Positions 1 to 9,806 of a DNA stretch of 32,000 bases are shown one piece after another. Below the pieces are notes generated by a model. That model was not told the DNA's origin. It made no database searches and saw nothing but the letters and a program-made list of their open reading frames with translations. Location: NCBI RefSeq assembly GCF_000829235.1, contig NZ_AP012549.1, positions 2,220,001 to 2,252,000 on the forward strand, in the 5' to 3' direction. This stretch comes from a cyanobacterium endosymbiont of Epithemia turgida isolate EtSB Lake Yunoko. Its GTDB lineage: Bacteria > Cyanobacteriota > Cyanobacteriia > Cyanobacteriales > Microcystaceae. Position 1 is the first letter of the stretch. Each line of letters begins with the position of its first letter. The translations under genes were made by a program, and so were the position numbers.

Positions 1-482
1 ATAATTTTCCATTGAGATTCCTTTTTTAATAACTCAGTAACACTGTCATCAATAATGGCATGATAAGGACGAGAAAATTTAACTGCTGGATGCTTCCGAA
101 ATAACCGGGATACCAAAGAGTAAGGAGACTGAGACGCACCAATTTCATGACGAACTAAATTAATTACTAAATTATTTTTATCAGCAATTGCCTCTCTAAC
201 TTTTGAGGCAATTTTAGGGTTAAATACTTCGTCAGCATCTAGAACTAATACCCAATCCCCAGTAACATGGCTAAGGGCTGCATTGCGAGCAATAGCAAAA
301 TCATTACACCATGTAAAAAAAGAAACTTTTGCCCCAAATTTTTGAGCAATTTCTACTGTTTGATCAGTTGATCCAGTATCCATTACTACCATTTCGTCTA
401 CAATATCTTGAACACTTTCTAGACATGTATTTAAGTTTTTCTCTTCATCTTTAACAATCATACAAAGACTGAGTTTTGTCAT
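1..482 (-). CDS. Family 2 glycosyltransferase, N-terminal part (3' end runs off the window)
   Basis: ATG at 482-480 (minus strand). The frame stays open to position 1, so it is missing from the ORF track because it leaves the window. My translation is MTKLSLCMIVKDEEKNLNTCLESVQDIVDEMVVMDTGSTDQTVEIAQKFGAKVSFFTWCNDFAIARNAALSHVTGDWVLVLDADEVF... It shows the classic GT-A/GT2 pattern: DTGSTD, an FA-x-ARN segment, and DAD(E). Confidence 0.8.
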   Translation of the reverse strand, partial: MTKLSLCMIVKDEEKNLNTCLESVQDIVDEMVVMDTGSTDQTVEIAQKFGAKVSFFTWCNDFAIARNAALSHVTGDWVLVLDADEVFNPKIASKVREAIADKNNLVINLVRHEIGASQSPYSLVSRLFRKHPAVKFSRPYHAIIDDSVTELLKKESQWKI

Positions 483-2199
483 AACTTCTTATTTTTTGAA
501 TGTTTTATATTGAGGAAACTGATTAATTTTATTCCTTCCATAAAAGACAACTTGTTTATTACAAATTTAAGCGTAATTTTTCCTTAATTGAGGACTATTT
601 AGAGCAAATTTATCTGGTTCTAGCAAAGTATTTATGTGTTAAATCAAGGTTTTTCCTCTATTGTAACTTTTTCGTTATTGGGTTGTCACACTTATCTTCT
701 ATCTTAGTATAAAGAAGTACTAATAATAGTAAAAAATATTACAAGATTTGCTTTAGCCTTGGGTGTTAATATTCTCTGAATATGTACTTTTCTTTCTCCT
801 TACCATAGTTAATATTTGCCAATATTTTCCATATTTCTAGATTATTTTCAGTTTATCCCCCAATAGAGAATACTAGCTTAGTAGAAATTTTACGTCTAAA
901 CCTCACTCAATATAGGGGTTTTAGCTCTCACTTAGTTACAAATCAAATTAAAAGGTTTATAGTCTAGGCTAGAATTATGGCAGTGACTCTCGAAATACAA
1001 CATTAACGTTCCATGACCAATTTTATTTCAGATAATCGCGTGGTAGCGTTGTCGATGGGGTACAGAAAAGGAGAAAGTGATAAAAATTTTGCTGATTACA
1101 ATGAATAAGTATGAAACTTAATTAACTACAAAATTTGCGCTAGTTTTCATCTTAGTTGATCTCCATATAGCTAAATTATTAGCTATATTTAATTTGTACA
1201 AACGGTAACATTGACCTTATCACTCCATTTCTTCTCATTACTCATTCTTAAAGAACAAAAAATCTGTATTAAAGAATAATTACGAAAAAAGTGGAAAAAT
1301 TGAATTTATATTTTTAAAGTATTTAACTCTTATACACCCTTTCTTTTTTATAAGTTTTGAGATATAATTAAAGTTTAAGAATTGAATTAAGTTATGATTT
1401 AACATTTTACTATTAGTTGTTTTTATTTTTACCAGTTACATTACTATTAAACCGATAAAAAATTACATCAGATAATGTTTCTCTGATCATCAAATTATCT
1501 ATATTGGCTTTATGTAAAATGATCTTCAAGTATTTTGTAAAAATTTTATTTAAAAAGTATTTTCTTTCCTAAATAGTGACTATTGTGATAAATCACAGTT
1601 GCCCCAATAAAGCAAAAGAGTTTACTTCTGAAATTTACGAAAGTCAGACATTATATGACTTGCTCATAAAACGATTAATTAATCGTTTTATTTTAATTTC
1701 TGTAGTTTAGTGAAACGATTAAACCCTTATAATTAAATGGACGCAACCTGATGTAAATTTAGTTACTAAAAATTCTATTAATCTATTGATTAATTTAGAG
1801 ACAAATTAATTTTATTTAAGTGAAAATATTCTATACTAACGAATATCCGTAATTTTCTCACATAATAGTAGATTGGGCATATTTTGATATTGCTAACTTG
1901 TCGAATGAACAAGCATTAACGATAAATCCTTACATTAGGTTTAGTAAATTTGGAGGTCAACAACAATGATGACTACCACCATGATGATAATCATCATCAC
2001 TAATTTAGCAGTTTTCTCATAAAACTGAGCATTGTAAAACAATCCTAGTTATCTAAAACCAGGAAAAATCGATAAACTATATTGTTACGCACAAAGCAGA
2101 AAGTATTAAGTAAGGATCAATAGTTATTAACCTCTATTTGTAGTTATCGTTATATCTTAAAACTCGTGCAGATGAGCCATGTGAGATTTTTACTTCATT

Positions 2200-3688
2200 A
2201 GACTCGTCTAGTTTTCAGCTATTCCTGATAAAAAACGCAATACTTTTGTCTATAAGTATCTGTTCCAAATATTTGTTTAAAGTCCACAGATTGAGCCAAC
2301 AATAATTCTCATGCAGCCTGATTTAACGCCTTCTATTGGAACTTATCAGAAAGTCCTAGGCGACTAAATTCAATTATTCGTTCTGTCGCTTTGTGAAGAT
2401 GAGTATAAATTGAGGCATTGGTATGATTTAACCAAGATTCATGAAAACTCCTATACCCCTAACTCGACAGAGAAGGACGATAGACTGTTGTGTAGAATTA
2501 TCCTGTAAATATTTCGCTAAATGGGTCAGATTCAAAGCGTTTTGAGCGGACCAAGTCCTACGGAAAAGATAGTCAATAAACCAAGAGACTTTATACCACC
2601 AGTGACCAAATAACTCTGCGTCATAGGATAGGGAGAAACGACAATAAGGGACGTTGCATGATTGCCGCTAAATTCCTGATTTGTTGTTCCTTATTGTATA
2701 TAAAGTGTTCTGCGTGTTCTGTGACTCTCTCCCCTGCCCAGTAGGTATCATAGAGAGTATTATCTGAAAGTTCTGCCTGATGACTGATAATTTTATGGTA
2801 TTTAATACCTGTATTTTTCCGTTGGCCGTTAGACATAATATAAAGTTTGATATACTTGTATTCAGCTTTATAACTTAAATACTTATAAAATTCTCGATAT
2901 TCAAAGTCTCCTGGATAACCTACTTTAAAAGACCAGACTTGCTGAGAGGATTCATGATCTCGAGCAAAGGCTACTACCCCAGTTTCCCTAAAAATAGGGG
3001 CATAGTTTCTGTAACAAGAGCGAGGACAAGCAAACAAGATACCATAGCCATCTACCAGAAAATAACGTAAACCAGCATCGGTTAATACTCTTTCTACTCC
3101 CTCATAATAGGTACATTCAGATAAACAAATTCCTTGAGGAGAACGGACAAAGTTTTCCTTATAATGCTAATGCTCGCAGGCCACTTTGATTTGTGCCCAG
3201 ACTGCTTCGGGATACATTTTTATCAAAGAAAAATAGCCATGAGTCGCACCACAAGTGATAATCTCCAGGTTATGGCTATCAAAGAATTGTTTAAAAGTAA
3301 GGACTAAATCGCCGTTGTAACATTCCAAAATTTTCCGAATTTGAGCAAATTATCTAGCATAATATCCAGCTAAATAACGAAGATGGCTGTTATGTTCGTT
3401 GCGAATAATCTCATTTTCGATTATTTCTTGTAACCGAGCTAGATGTTTATCGTAGCGTTTTTGAAGTAAAGGATCTATGAGTATAGAAACCAAGGGAGGT
3501 GTCATGTACATAGTCATTTTAAAGTTAATTCCATCCTATTTTAACCCTTCAAAAACATAAAGGAGGGGAATATACGTTTCTGTAATAGCTTCGTAGAGCT
3601 ATTCTTCCTCTAAAACATAGTCACTTTCTAGATGACAAACAAAAAGTAAATGAGCATGAAGGACGAGTGTAACATAGCCAAGAGCCAT
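2200..3688 (-). pseudogene. Glycoside hydrolase family 57 (alpha-glucan branching-enzyme-like, DUF1957-type) pseudogene
   Basis: Minus-strand translation from ATG 3688 gives MALGYVTLVLHAHLLFVCHLESDYVLEEE*LYEAITETYIPLL...ITCGATHGYFSLI...GYPGDFEYREFY...DAELFGHWWY...WLNHTNASIYTHLH...ALNQAA*ELLLAQS. These match the GH57 signature blocks. The first in-frame stop is TAG at 3601-3599. At least three further in-frame stops follow, and there is at least one frameshift downstream of 2621. Track ORF 2621..3037 is only the longest surviving piece. The 3' boundary is approximate. Confidence 0.85.
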
Positions 3689-3985
3689 AATAATTCTGAC
3701 GATTTTATAATTTAAGTTTTTTGGGTTGAACTTTAAGAACAAATCTCATAGATTTTATACTATCTTTAGATTCTAAAATAGAAGTAGCATGGAAAAAATC
3801 ATTTATACATTTAGTGCGCCTTCTTCGATTATCTTTATCTGATGGGTGTCAGTCGGAGAGATTTGGCTTTTTGACTTAATTGTCTGACTATGCCAATAGA
3901 CATTAGAATCAATCCAATTCGGTGTCTTCAAGTCCTGTTACCAATCAACTTGTTTTACCTTGTAAGCCTATAGTTTTGACTTCCA

Positions 3986-5170
3986 GTGCTAGAACCTACC
4001 AACCTCGAAACAACATTTGGATCTGACATATCTTCATCGACGTCGATTCAGCTTTTGTTGTTTGTCGATGAGCGTCCAAGCTCCTATGAACACATTCAAA
4101 AAATCCAACATTACTTTAAACAGCTGAAGGCGGACTTTTTATATCAACTGCAAGTCATTGAAATTTCTAAACAGCCCCACTTAGTGGAACATTTTCGTCT
4201 TGTGGCTACTCCTGCTTTAGTGAAAGTGTCTCCAGAACCCAGACAAATCTTCGTGGGTAGCAATATTGTTAACCAACTTAGGAAATGGTGTCCAAGGTGG
4301 CAATTAGCTCTCAAAGAAAATCGTCCTGACGCTAATAACAATGGACAGATCCAGAAAGTTATCTCTCCCAATCCTATTAACTCCCTAAGTCATTCGGTCG
4401 AACTGATGCAGTTATCCGATCAAATTTTTTGCCTCAATCAAGAAAAAGAGGAACTCATAAGACAAATAAAATTCAAAAATCAGGTTTTGGCTATGCTTGC
4501 CCATGATTTGCGAAGTCCTTTGACAGCTGCGTCTATCACTGTCGAAACTCTAGAAATTGCTCAAAATCATCAAAATCCCCAACGCAGCGCAGAATTGAAA
4601 GAGGAACTTTACCAGCAAGCCCGAAAACAATTTCGTATCATGAACTGTTTGATTACAGATATACTACAAGCATCGCAAACAATGGAAACAGAGTTAGCTA
4701 TTCATTGCCATGATGTCTTATTATTACAGGTGTTATGTGAAGAAATTCTCGAACAGTATACTAACTTATTTAAAGAAAAGTCCTTAGTTTTAGTAAGGGA
4801 TATTCCTCAAGATATCCCCCGAGTTTATGCTGATGAAAAATTGATTCGCCAAGTGATCGTCAATTTATTAGATAATGCAATTAAATATACTCCATTAGGA
4901 GGAAAGGTTACTGTTTCAATTCTCCATCGCACCACTCAAAAAGTTCAGCTCAGTGTCTGTGATACAGGTCCAGGTGTCCCTAAAGAGAAACAAGAGAAAA
5001 TTTTTGAAGGGTACTTCCGCCTCAAGCGTGATCAAGAAAAAGAGGGTTATGGGTTAGGCTTATCTTTATGTCGTAAAATTATTCGCGCTCACTATGGACA
5101 AATTTGGGTCGACAGTGTTCTTAATAAGGGTAGCTGTTTCCAATTTACATTGCCCGTCTGTCGTCAATAA
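3986..5170 (+). CDS. sasA: Adaptive-response sensor histidine kinase SasA (KaiC-interacting circadian output kinase)
   Basis: The N-terminal domain is KaiB/thioredoxin-like (IQLLLFVDERPSS...FRLVATPALVKVSPEPRQIFVGS...W.PRW). It is followed by the HisKA H-box (LAMLAHDLRSPLTA) and a HATPase_c domain with N, G1 and G2 boxes (NLLDNAIKYTP, DTGPGV, GYGLGLSLC). The start is GTG, and no ATG lies upstream of the KaiB-like domain, so the exact start is uncertain. Confidence 0.9.
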   Translation: MLEPTNLETTFGSDISSSTSIQLLLFVDERPSSYEHIQKIQHYFKQLKADFLYQLQVIEISKQPHLVEHFRLVATPALVKVSPEPRQIFVGSNIVNQLRKWCPRWQLALKENRPDANNNGQIQKVISPNPINSLSHSVELMQLSDQIFCLNQEKEELIRQIKFKNQVLAMLAHDLRSPLTAASITVETLEIAQNHQNPQRSAELKEELYQQARKQFRIMNCLITDILQASQTMETELAIHCHDVLLLQVLCEEILEQYTNLFKEKSLVLVRDIPQDIPRVYADEKLIRQVIVNLLDNAIKYTPLGGKVTVSILHRTTQKVQLSVCDTGPGVPKEKQEKIFEGYFRLKRDQEKEGYGLGLSLCRKIIRAHYGQIWVDSVLNKGSCFQFTLPVCRQ

Positions 5171-5259
5171 ATACCCTAAAAGTTCAGGTATATTGATGAA
5201 TATTTTGGGCTTTTAACTCCCTAAGCCTGCCAACATATCGCTGTATTTTAAATCTCGAA

Positions 5260-5955
5260 ATGCACAAGGTTATTATTATCATTAATGCTGAGGTAAACAC
5301 ACAAGGAGCTATTTCTCTAGGTTCCCCTGCGACAAGAACTATGGTAACAGCTCTAGAAAGGGCTATTTCAGCTGATTCCGACTCGACCGAGGTTGACGTT
5401 ATCTCAGCAGCTTCCTTGTGGTCTAATAGCTTGATTTATTCAAAGTCTAACTCTAATCTCATTTACTGTCCTTTAACCATTGAAATTCCCCACAAGTTTT
5501 CATTTCCTGTGCAAAAACTCTATCAAACTTGTAGAGATATCCCAGGACTACGACAATGGGTTGAACAAAACTTAGGTTACAAAACCAGTATTCTAGATTC
5601 TTGGTTAGGAGATTTGTGGTTACCTATCGTTGTGACAGGTAAACAAATGTTGTGTGGTTCAGTCATTGGTGAAGGAGTAATTCCTAATTATTATAAGCAA
5701 CCGGTTGAGTTGGACCGTAAAGTAAAGAAATCTCTTCACTCTCTAGCTCAGGAGTTATTAACTTCTCTTGATGCTCCCCCTTCAGTCTATCTAATCCAGT
5801 TTCGCTTATTGAGTAATGAGATTATTTTTGACCGACTATGGCCATTTCCGGCAGCTCCAGCTATCGCTTCTTTAAGGTATTCTCAACAACCCAATCTATT
5901 TATTTGTCATTGGTATTGTCTTACTCAAAAACCTATGCTACAAGTAACAACTTAA
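5260..5955 (+). CDS. Hypothetical protein (function unknown)
   Basis: A 231-codon ORF, co-directional with sasA and 90 nt downstream of it. Its composition is protein-like and there is no competing ORF. I recognise no motif and saw no clear Shine-Dalgarno sequence. Confidence 0.55.
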   Translation: MHKVIIIINAEVNTQGAISLGSPATRTMVTALERAISADSDSTEVDVISAASLWSNSLIYSKSNSNLIYCPLTIEIPHKFSFPVQKLYQTCRDIPGLRQWVEQNLGYKTSILDSWLGDLWLPIVVTGKQMLCGSVIGEGVIPNYYKQPVELDRKVKKSLHSLAQELLTSLDAPPSVYLIQFRLLSNEIIFDRLWPFPAAPAIASLRYSQQPNLFICHWYCLTQKPMLQVTT

Positions 5956-6610
5956 GGAGTTAAATCTGTATAAATTTTAAGAAAAATAACATAGCCGACA
6001 AATTCACTATTTGAAAGTTACAAATAATTTCGGAAAATCCTATATGGGTTTCAGGTATAAATCAACTTGTATCCCAAATCCTAGTCCAACTTAATAAATC
6101 TCCTCATTCAAAACAAAATTATTGCTGTTTTCGAGAAAAGCCTTTTGACTCTGATGAAGTCCATTGCCATCTGTGGGCTTGATTGTGGCTTAGTTTGCTA
6201 TACAGTCAAGTATATAAATTACTTAAACAAGTTAACACTGATGAGAGAGTTACTAACTAGATTGGTAATCGATAAGAAGACGCATCAATCTTCATTAAAA
6301 AACGAGTTAGTGAATTGGTGAGTTTGTGTATTGACTAGTTTTATTTGTAGTGGTATGGCGTGTTTAAACACTCTAAATCTACAATAGATGTCACAATCAC
6401 TCAATGTATTAGTTGCAGAAATCATAGATTTTTTGCTAAAATTTTCCAGGGCTAGGATTTTACTAAGTGTTGTTTGGTGATTGGATACTTTTGCTAAAAA
6501 ATGACGACAGTTACCTATTGGAGCCGTTTGTGAGAATTACCGATCAGATAGTGTGGCGGCGCATTATAACAAATCTTCTATCAGTCACAGGAGTCAATCA
6601 AGTGAGTGCT

Positions 6611-6665
6611 AAATTCGTGATATAAATTATTCCTCCTTTTAAAAAGGAATTCATCTCACGAATTT
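6611..6665. repeat. Imperfect nested hairpin
   Basis: The outer arms AAATTCGTGA (6611-6620) and TCACGAATTT (6656-6665) are perfect reverse complements. An inner ATTCCT...AGGAAT pairing lies between them. Confidence 0.6.
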
Positions 6666-6919
6666 TAAGAACTATTATTTCATACCTTAATTTTAATTCC
6701 AGTGGCTATTATCGCTCTCGATATCCTGTAGATTGCCGCTGTTTCCTGCTCAACAATCGCTCTATTTCATCAAATATTCAATTATATTGCATAAATTAGT
6801 TACGATTACAGTGTTTTTAGCAATTACTTATGAGTGTAGATAATTTTTCTCCTAAATGGCGAACAACACTTTAAATCATTATTGAGTTAAACAATGTTTT
6901 AATTTGACAATGGTTGGGA

Positions 6920-7008
6920 CTAACTGAGTTGTGGGTCGCCTCTTCTAAGCCTGAAATGACAGCCAGAGAATCTAAAGCAAGCAAAACTTAGTCCACAACT
7001 TCAGTTAG
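6920..7008. repeat. Long-range inverted repeat (about 15-bp arms, about 58-nt spacer)
   Basis: CTAACTGAGTTGTGG (6920-6934) pairs with CCACAACTTCAGTTAG (6993-7008). The arms are complementary except for one extra T in the right arm. Confidence 0.6.
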
Positions 7009-7584
7009 CTCCATCAGAATTTCTGGAAATCATTATCTTAGTAGTGGTAATGTTGATAGCTGCTTGAACAGCTGTTGATATCCTGTAAATAGAGATACTT
7101 AGAACTGTCTATATTGCTTATTTCACTTAAAGTATTTGTAAGGCTTGTTATTCTGTACCTTGGAGTTATACTTATTCAATTTGGCTTTCAGTTTAATTAT
7201 TAGTTCGGAAACTCCTCAAATTAATTTTCTTAGGTAATATAGCTTACAGCTCGAATTTCGATTATCATCCTTGTAGTCGCTATTGCACTCTACAACAGAT
7301 GAGACTGGCTCTTAATACTATATAAAAATCTAGCATTTGTTTGATTTATCAGTAGGATGACATTGTGGTGGTAATTATTATCGCTTCCAAATCAGGAGAA
7401 TGTGAAGTAGCTGCAGGACAGTTACAAAAATATTTAAATAATTTTAAATAAAATTCAAAATAAAAAATTAGTTTATTGATCATAACCTTTTCTAATTTAT
7501 AAAGACGTTAATCCTTAGCAATTCTGATACACTAATTCTAGTAGAAGCATTTTTTTCTGTATTATTTAACAAGGAATTCTATCA

Positions 7585-8469
7585 ATGGGATTAGTTATTA
7601 GTACCGTTAACATGAAAAGTGGAGTCGGTAAAATAACCCTGACAGTCAATTTAGTCACTTCTTTAGCTAAATATCATGGAAAGCGAGTACTGGTGTTAGA
7701 TTTGGATTTTTAAATTAGTGCAACCCTCAGTTTAATATCGCCTCATGAGTTTGCAAAAACAAGAAGAAAACGTCGCACCTTGAGCTATTTACTCAATAAC
7801 ATTGTTTAACCAAATCCCTATAGTAAACTAGATGTTCACGATATAATCCAACCCTATATTTGCAATATAGAAGGTTTGGACTTATTGCCAGGAGACTTAG
7901 AACTTTATGATGAATATGTTATCTCAGAAATGCTACATGAACAGGCAGCAATCGTTGGTAACCCTGATTTTTTCAAAGTGTGGAACCACTTTGAAAGAGT
8001 CTTGATGTAAAAAATTATTGCATCGGTTATTGAACACTATGACTTAATCATAATGGATTGTGCTCCTGCTTACAATCTTTTAACTAGAAGTGGTTTAGCC
8101 GCTAGCCATTATTACTTACTTCCTGCACGTCCTGAACCTTTATCAGTGCTAGGAATACAGCTTTTAGAACGACGCATTTCTCAACTAAAAGAAAGTCATG
8201 AAAAAACTGATCCTTTAAATTAAAATTTATTGGGCATTGTGTTTATTTCATCAGGAGGAGGTCTACTCAGCCGTTATTATAAGCAGGTCATGAAAAGGGT
8301 TAAACAGGATTTTTACTTTTATCAGTTGTTTCATACTTCAATTCCTATGGATGTTAATGTGGCTAAAGCAGTTGATAGTTTTTGTCCCATAGTAACAGCT
8401 ATGCCAAATTATAGCGGTTCTAAATCTTTTATTAAATTAACTAAAGAGTTTTTGAGTAATCTACCTTAA
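7585..8469 (+). pseudogene. ParA/MinD-family P-loop ATPase pseudogene
   Basis: A single frame of 295 codons runs from ATG 7585 to TAA 8467-8469. Translation: MGLVISTVNMKSGVGKITLTVNLVTSLAKYHGKRVLVLDLDF*ISATLS...DLIIMDCAPAYNLLTRSGLAASHYYLLPARPEPLSVLGIQLL... There are four in-frame TAA stops (7711, 7807, 8008, 8221). The deviant Walker A reads KSGVGKIT instead of KGGxGKTT. Track ORF 8230..8469 is just the tail. Confidence 0.85.
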
Positions 8470-9806
8470 TTCTTGACAAGAGTAGTTTTAGAAGATTAAG
8501 CTACATACAGCTAATTTAGGCAGAACTTTTTCTTGTAATGCTAACTTCCATAATGTTGACTTTGCCTCTACTATTTATTTTTAATTAATATCAAAAAATA
8601 TGAACTTAATTAATGTCTTTTTTGATTAAGCTGGTTTAAGTAGATCTGATAAAAAAAACTAACTTTAAGGGATTCTTATCTTATTGATTAGAATCTACTT
8701 GACAAGTAGGTAATTTAAAATCAATCTATAAAAAAAAATCACAATCATTAAATGCAAATTTAATTAAAAATTAATTAAGAAAAATGATCGTTATTTAAGC
8801 CGAATTATAACTAAAAAATTTTATGGTTAAATTGAAGAGTATATAAAGTTATAAAAATTGAAGATATGGCACAATTATTACAGGATGTAATTTAAAAAAA
8901 TATTTATTTAATTTTATCTCATAAGTAGAAACCCCTTATTATAAAAAATAAATAAAGTCTATTTAAGAGCTTTTTAAACAGGATTTAAAACTTATTATAG
9001 ATAATAATTAGTTAATCATAAAATAAATAAAATTCTGATTAATTTAGAAAAAAAATATAACCATAAAACAATAAAAATTAGAATGCAGTTATATCTATTT
9101 TCAGAAAATATAGTCTGAAAAAAAATTAAATAAATCTTATATAGATATGCAGATTAAGTTGATAAATACAGTTATTATTGATAATAGAAATTCAAAAAAA
9201 TATATCTATATTTATAAATATTTATAATTTATAACTCAACATATTTTATTATAAAAAATAAATGACATTAAACGAAAAATTAAAAATAAATATTTGAGGA
9301 TAAATATATATGTTATATATAACGTTTCAACCTAATATCTTTCAAAAAAATATTTTAATTGATATAAATTCAAGGAATATAAGTTTAACTTTAATCATAT
9401 GAATCTAAAAACATAAAATAATTTATGTTTTTGACATTTATTTAAATCTACATGTTAATGCGAATTAAATTCAACCTAAAGGGTTTCAAAAAATCTTTTA
9501 AAAAAACCTGCCTTTTAAAAAGTTACTTCTAATAAATGAAATATCTAGATAACTTAATAAGTATTGAAATATTCACCATAGATCAATTTAATTCAATAGT
9601 ATTTAAGCAGCAATTAGCTAGATTAGTTAAGAGTATTAAAATTAAAACTTTAGAAGTTATCTAAAAAAATATGATTGATATTTTAAACTTTTTTGTAAAA
9701 AATACTAATGTAAGGCATAGTTTATCTGTATTTATTGACAAAAATTTATATTGTTTAATACTAGCTATTACTAAATTTTATAACTATTAGTAATAGAAAG
9801 CTTTTT

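Noticed and set aside
1167-1190. Short AT-rich palindromes, such as ATATAGCTAA-ATTA-TTAGCTATAT at 1167-1190 and many similar stems of 5-10 bp across the spacers.
   Set aside because: These are expected by chance in low-complexity AT-rich sequence. I reported only stems of 12 bp or more, or those with clear context.
2621-3037. The 138-aa ORF as a stand-alone gene.
   Set aside because: It is the longest uninterrupted fragment of the GH57 pseudogene. The conserved GH57 blocks continue on both sides across stops and frameshifts.
4144-4371. Track ORFs lying antisense to, or in an alternative frame of, strong genes: 4144-4371, 11437-11625, 14137-14340, 19131-19316, 19480-19668, 21175-21408 and 27842-28033.
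   Set aside because: Each lies wholly or largely inside a confidently identified gene (sasA, der, ProA-like, CDF, murQ, TerC). They have no recognisable motifs and odd composition. They are typical shadow ORFs.
8230-8469. The 79-aa ORF as a stand-alone gene.
   Set aside because: It is in frame with, and forms the C-terminal tail of, the ParA-like pseudogene that starts at 7585.
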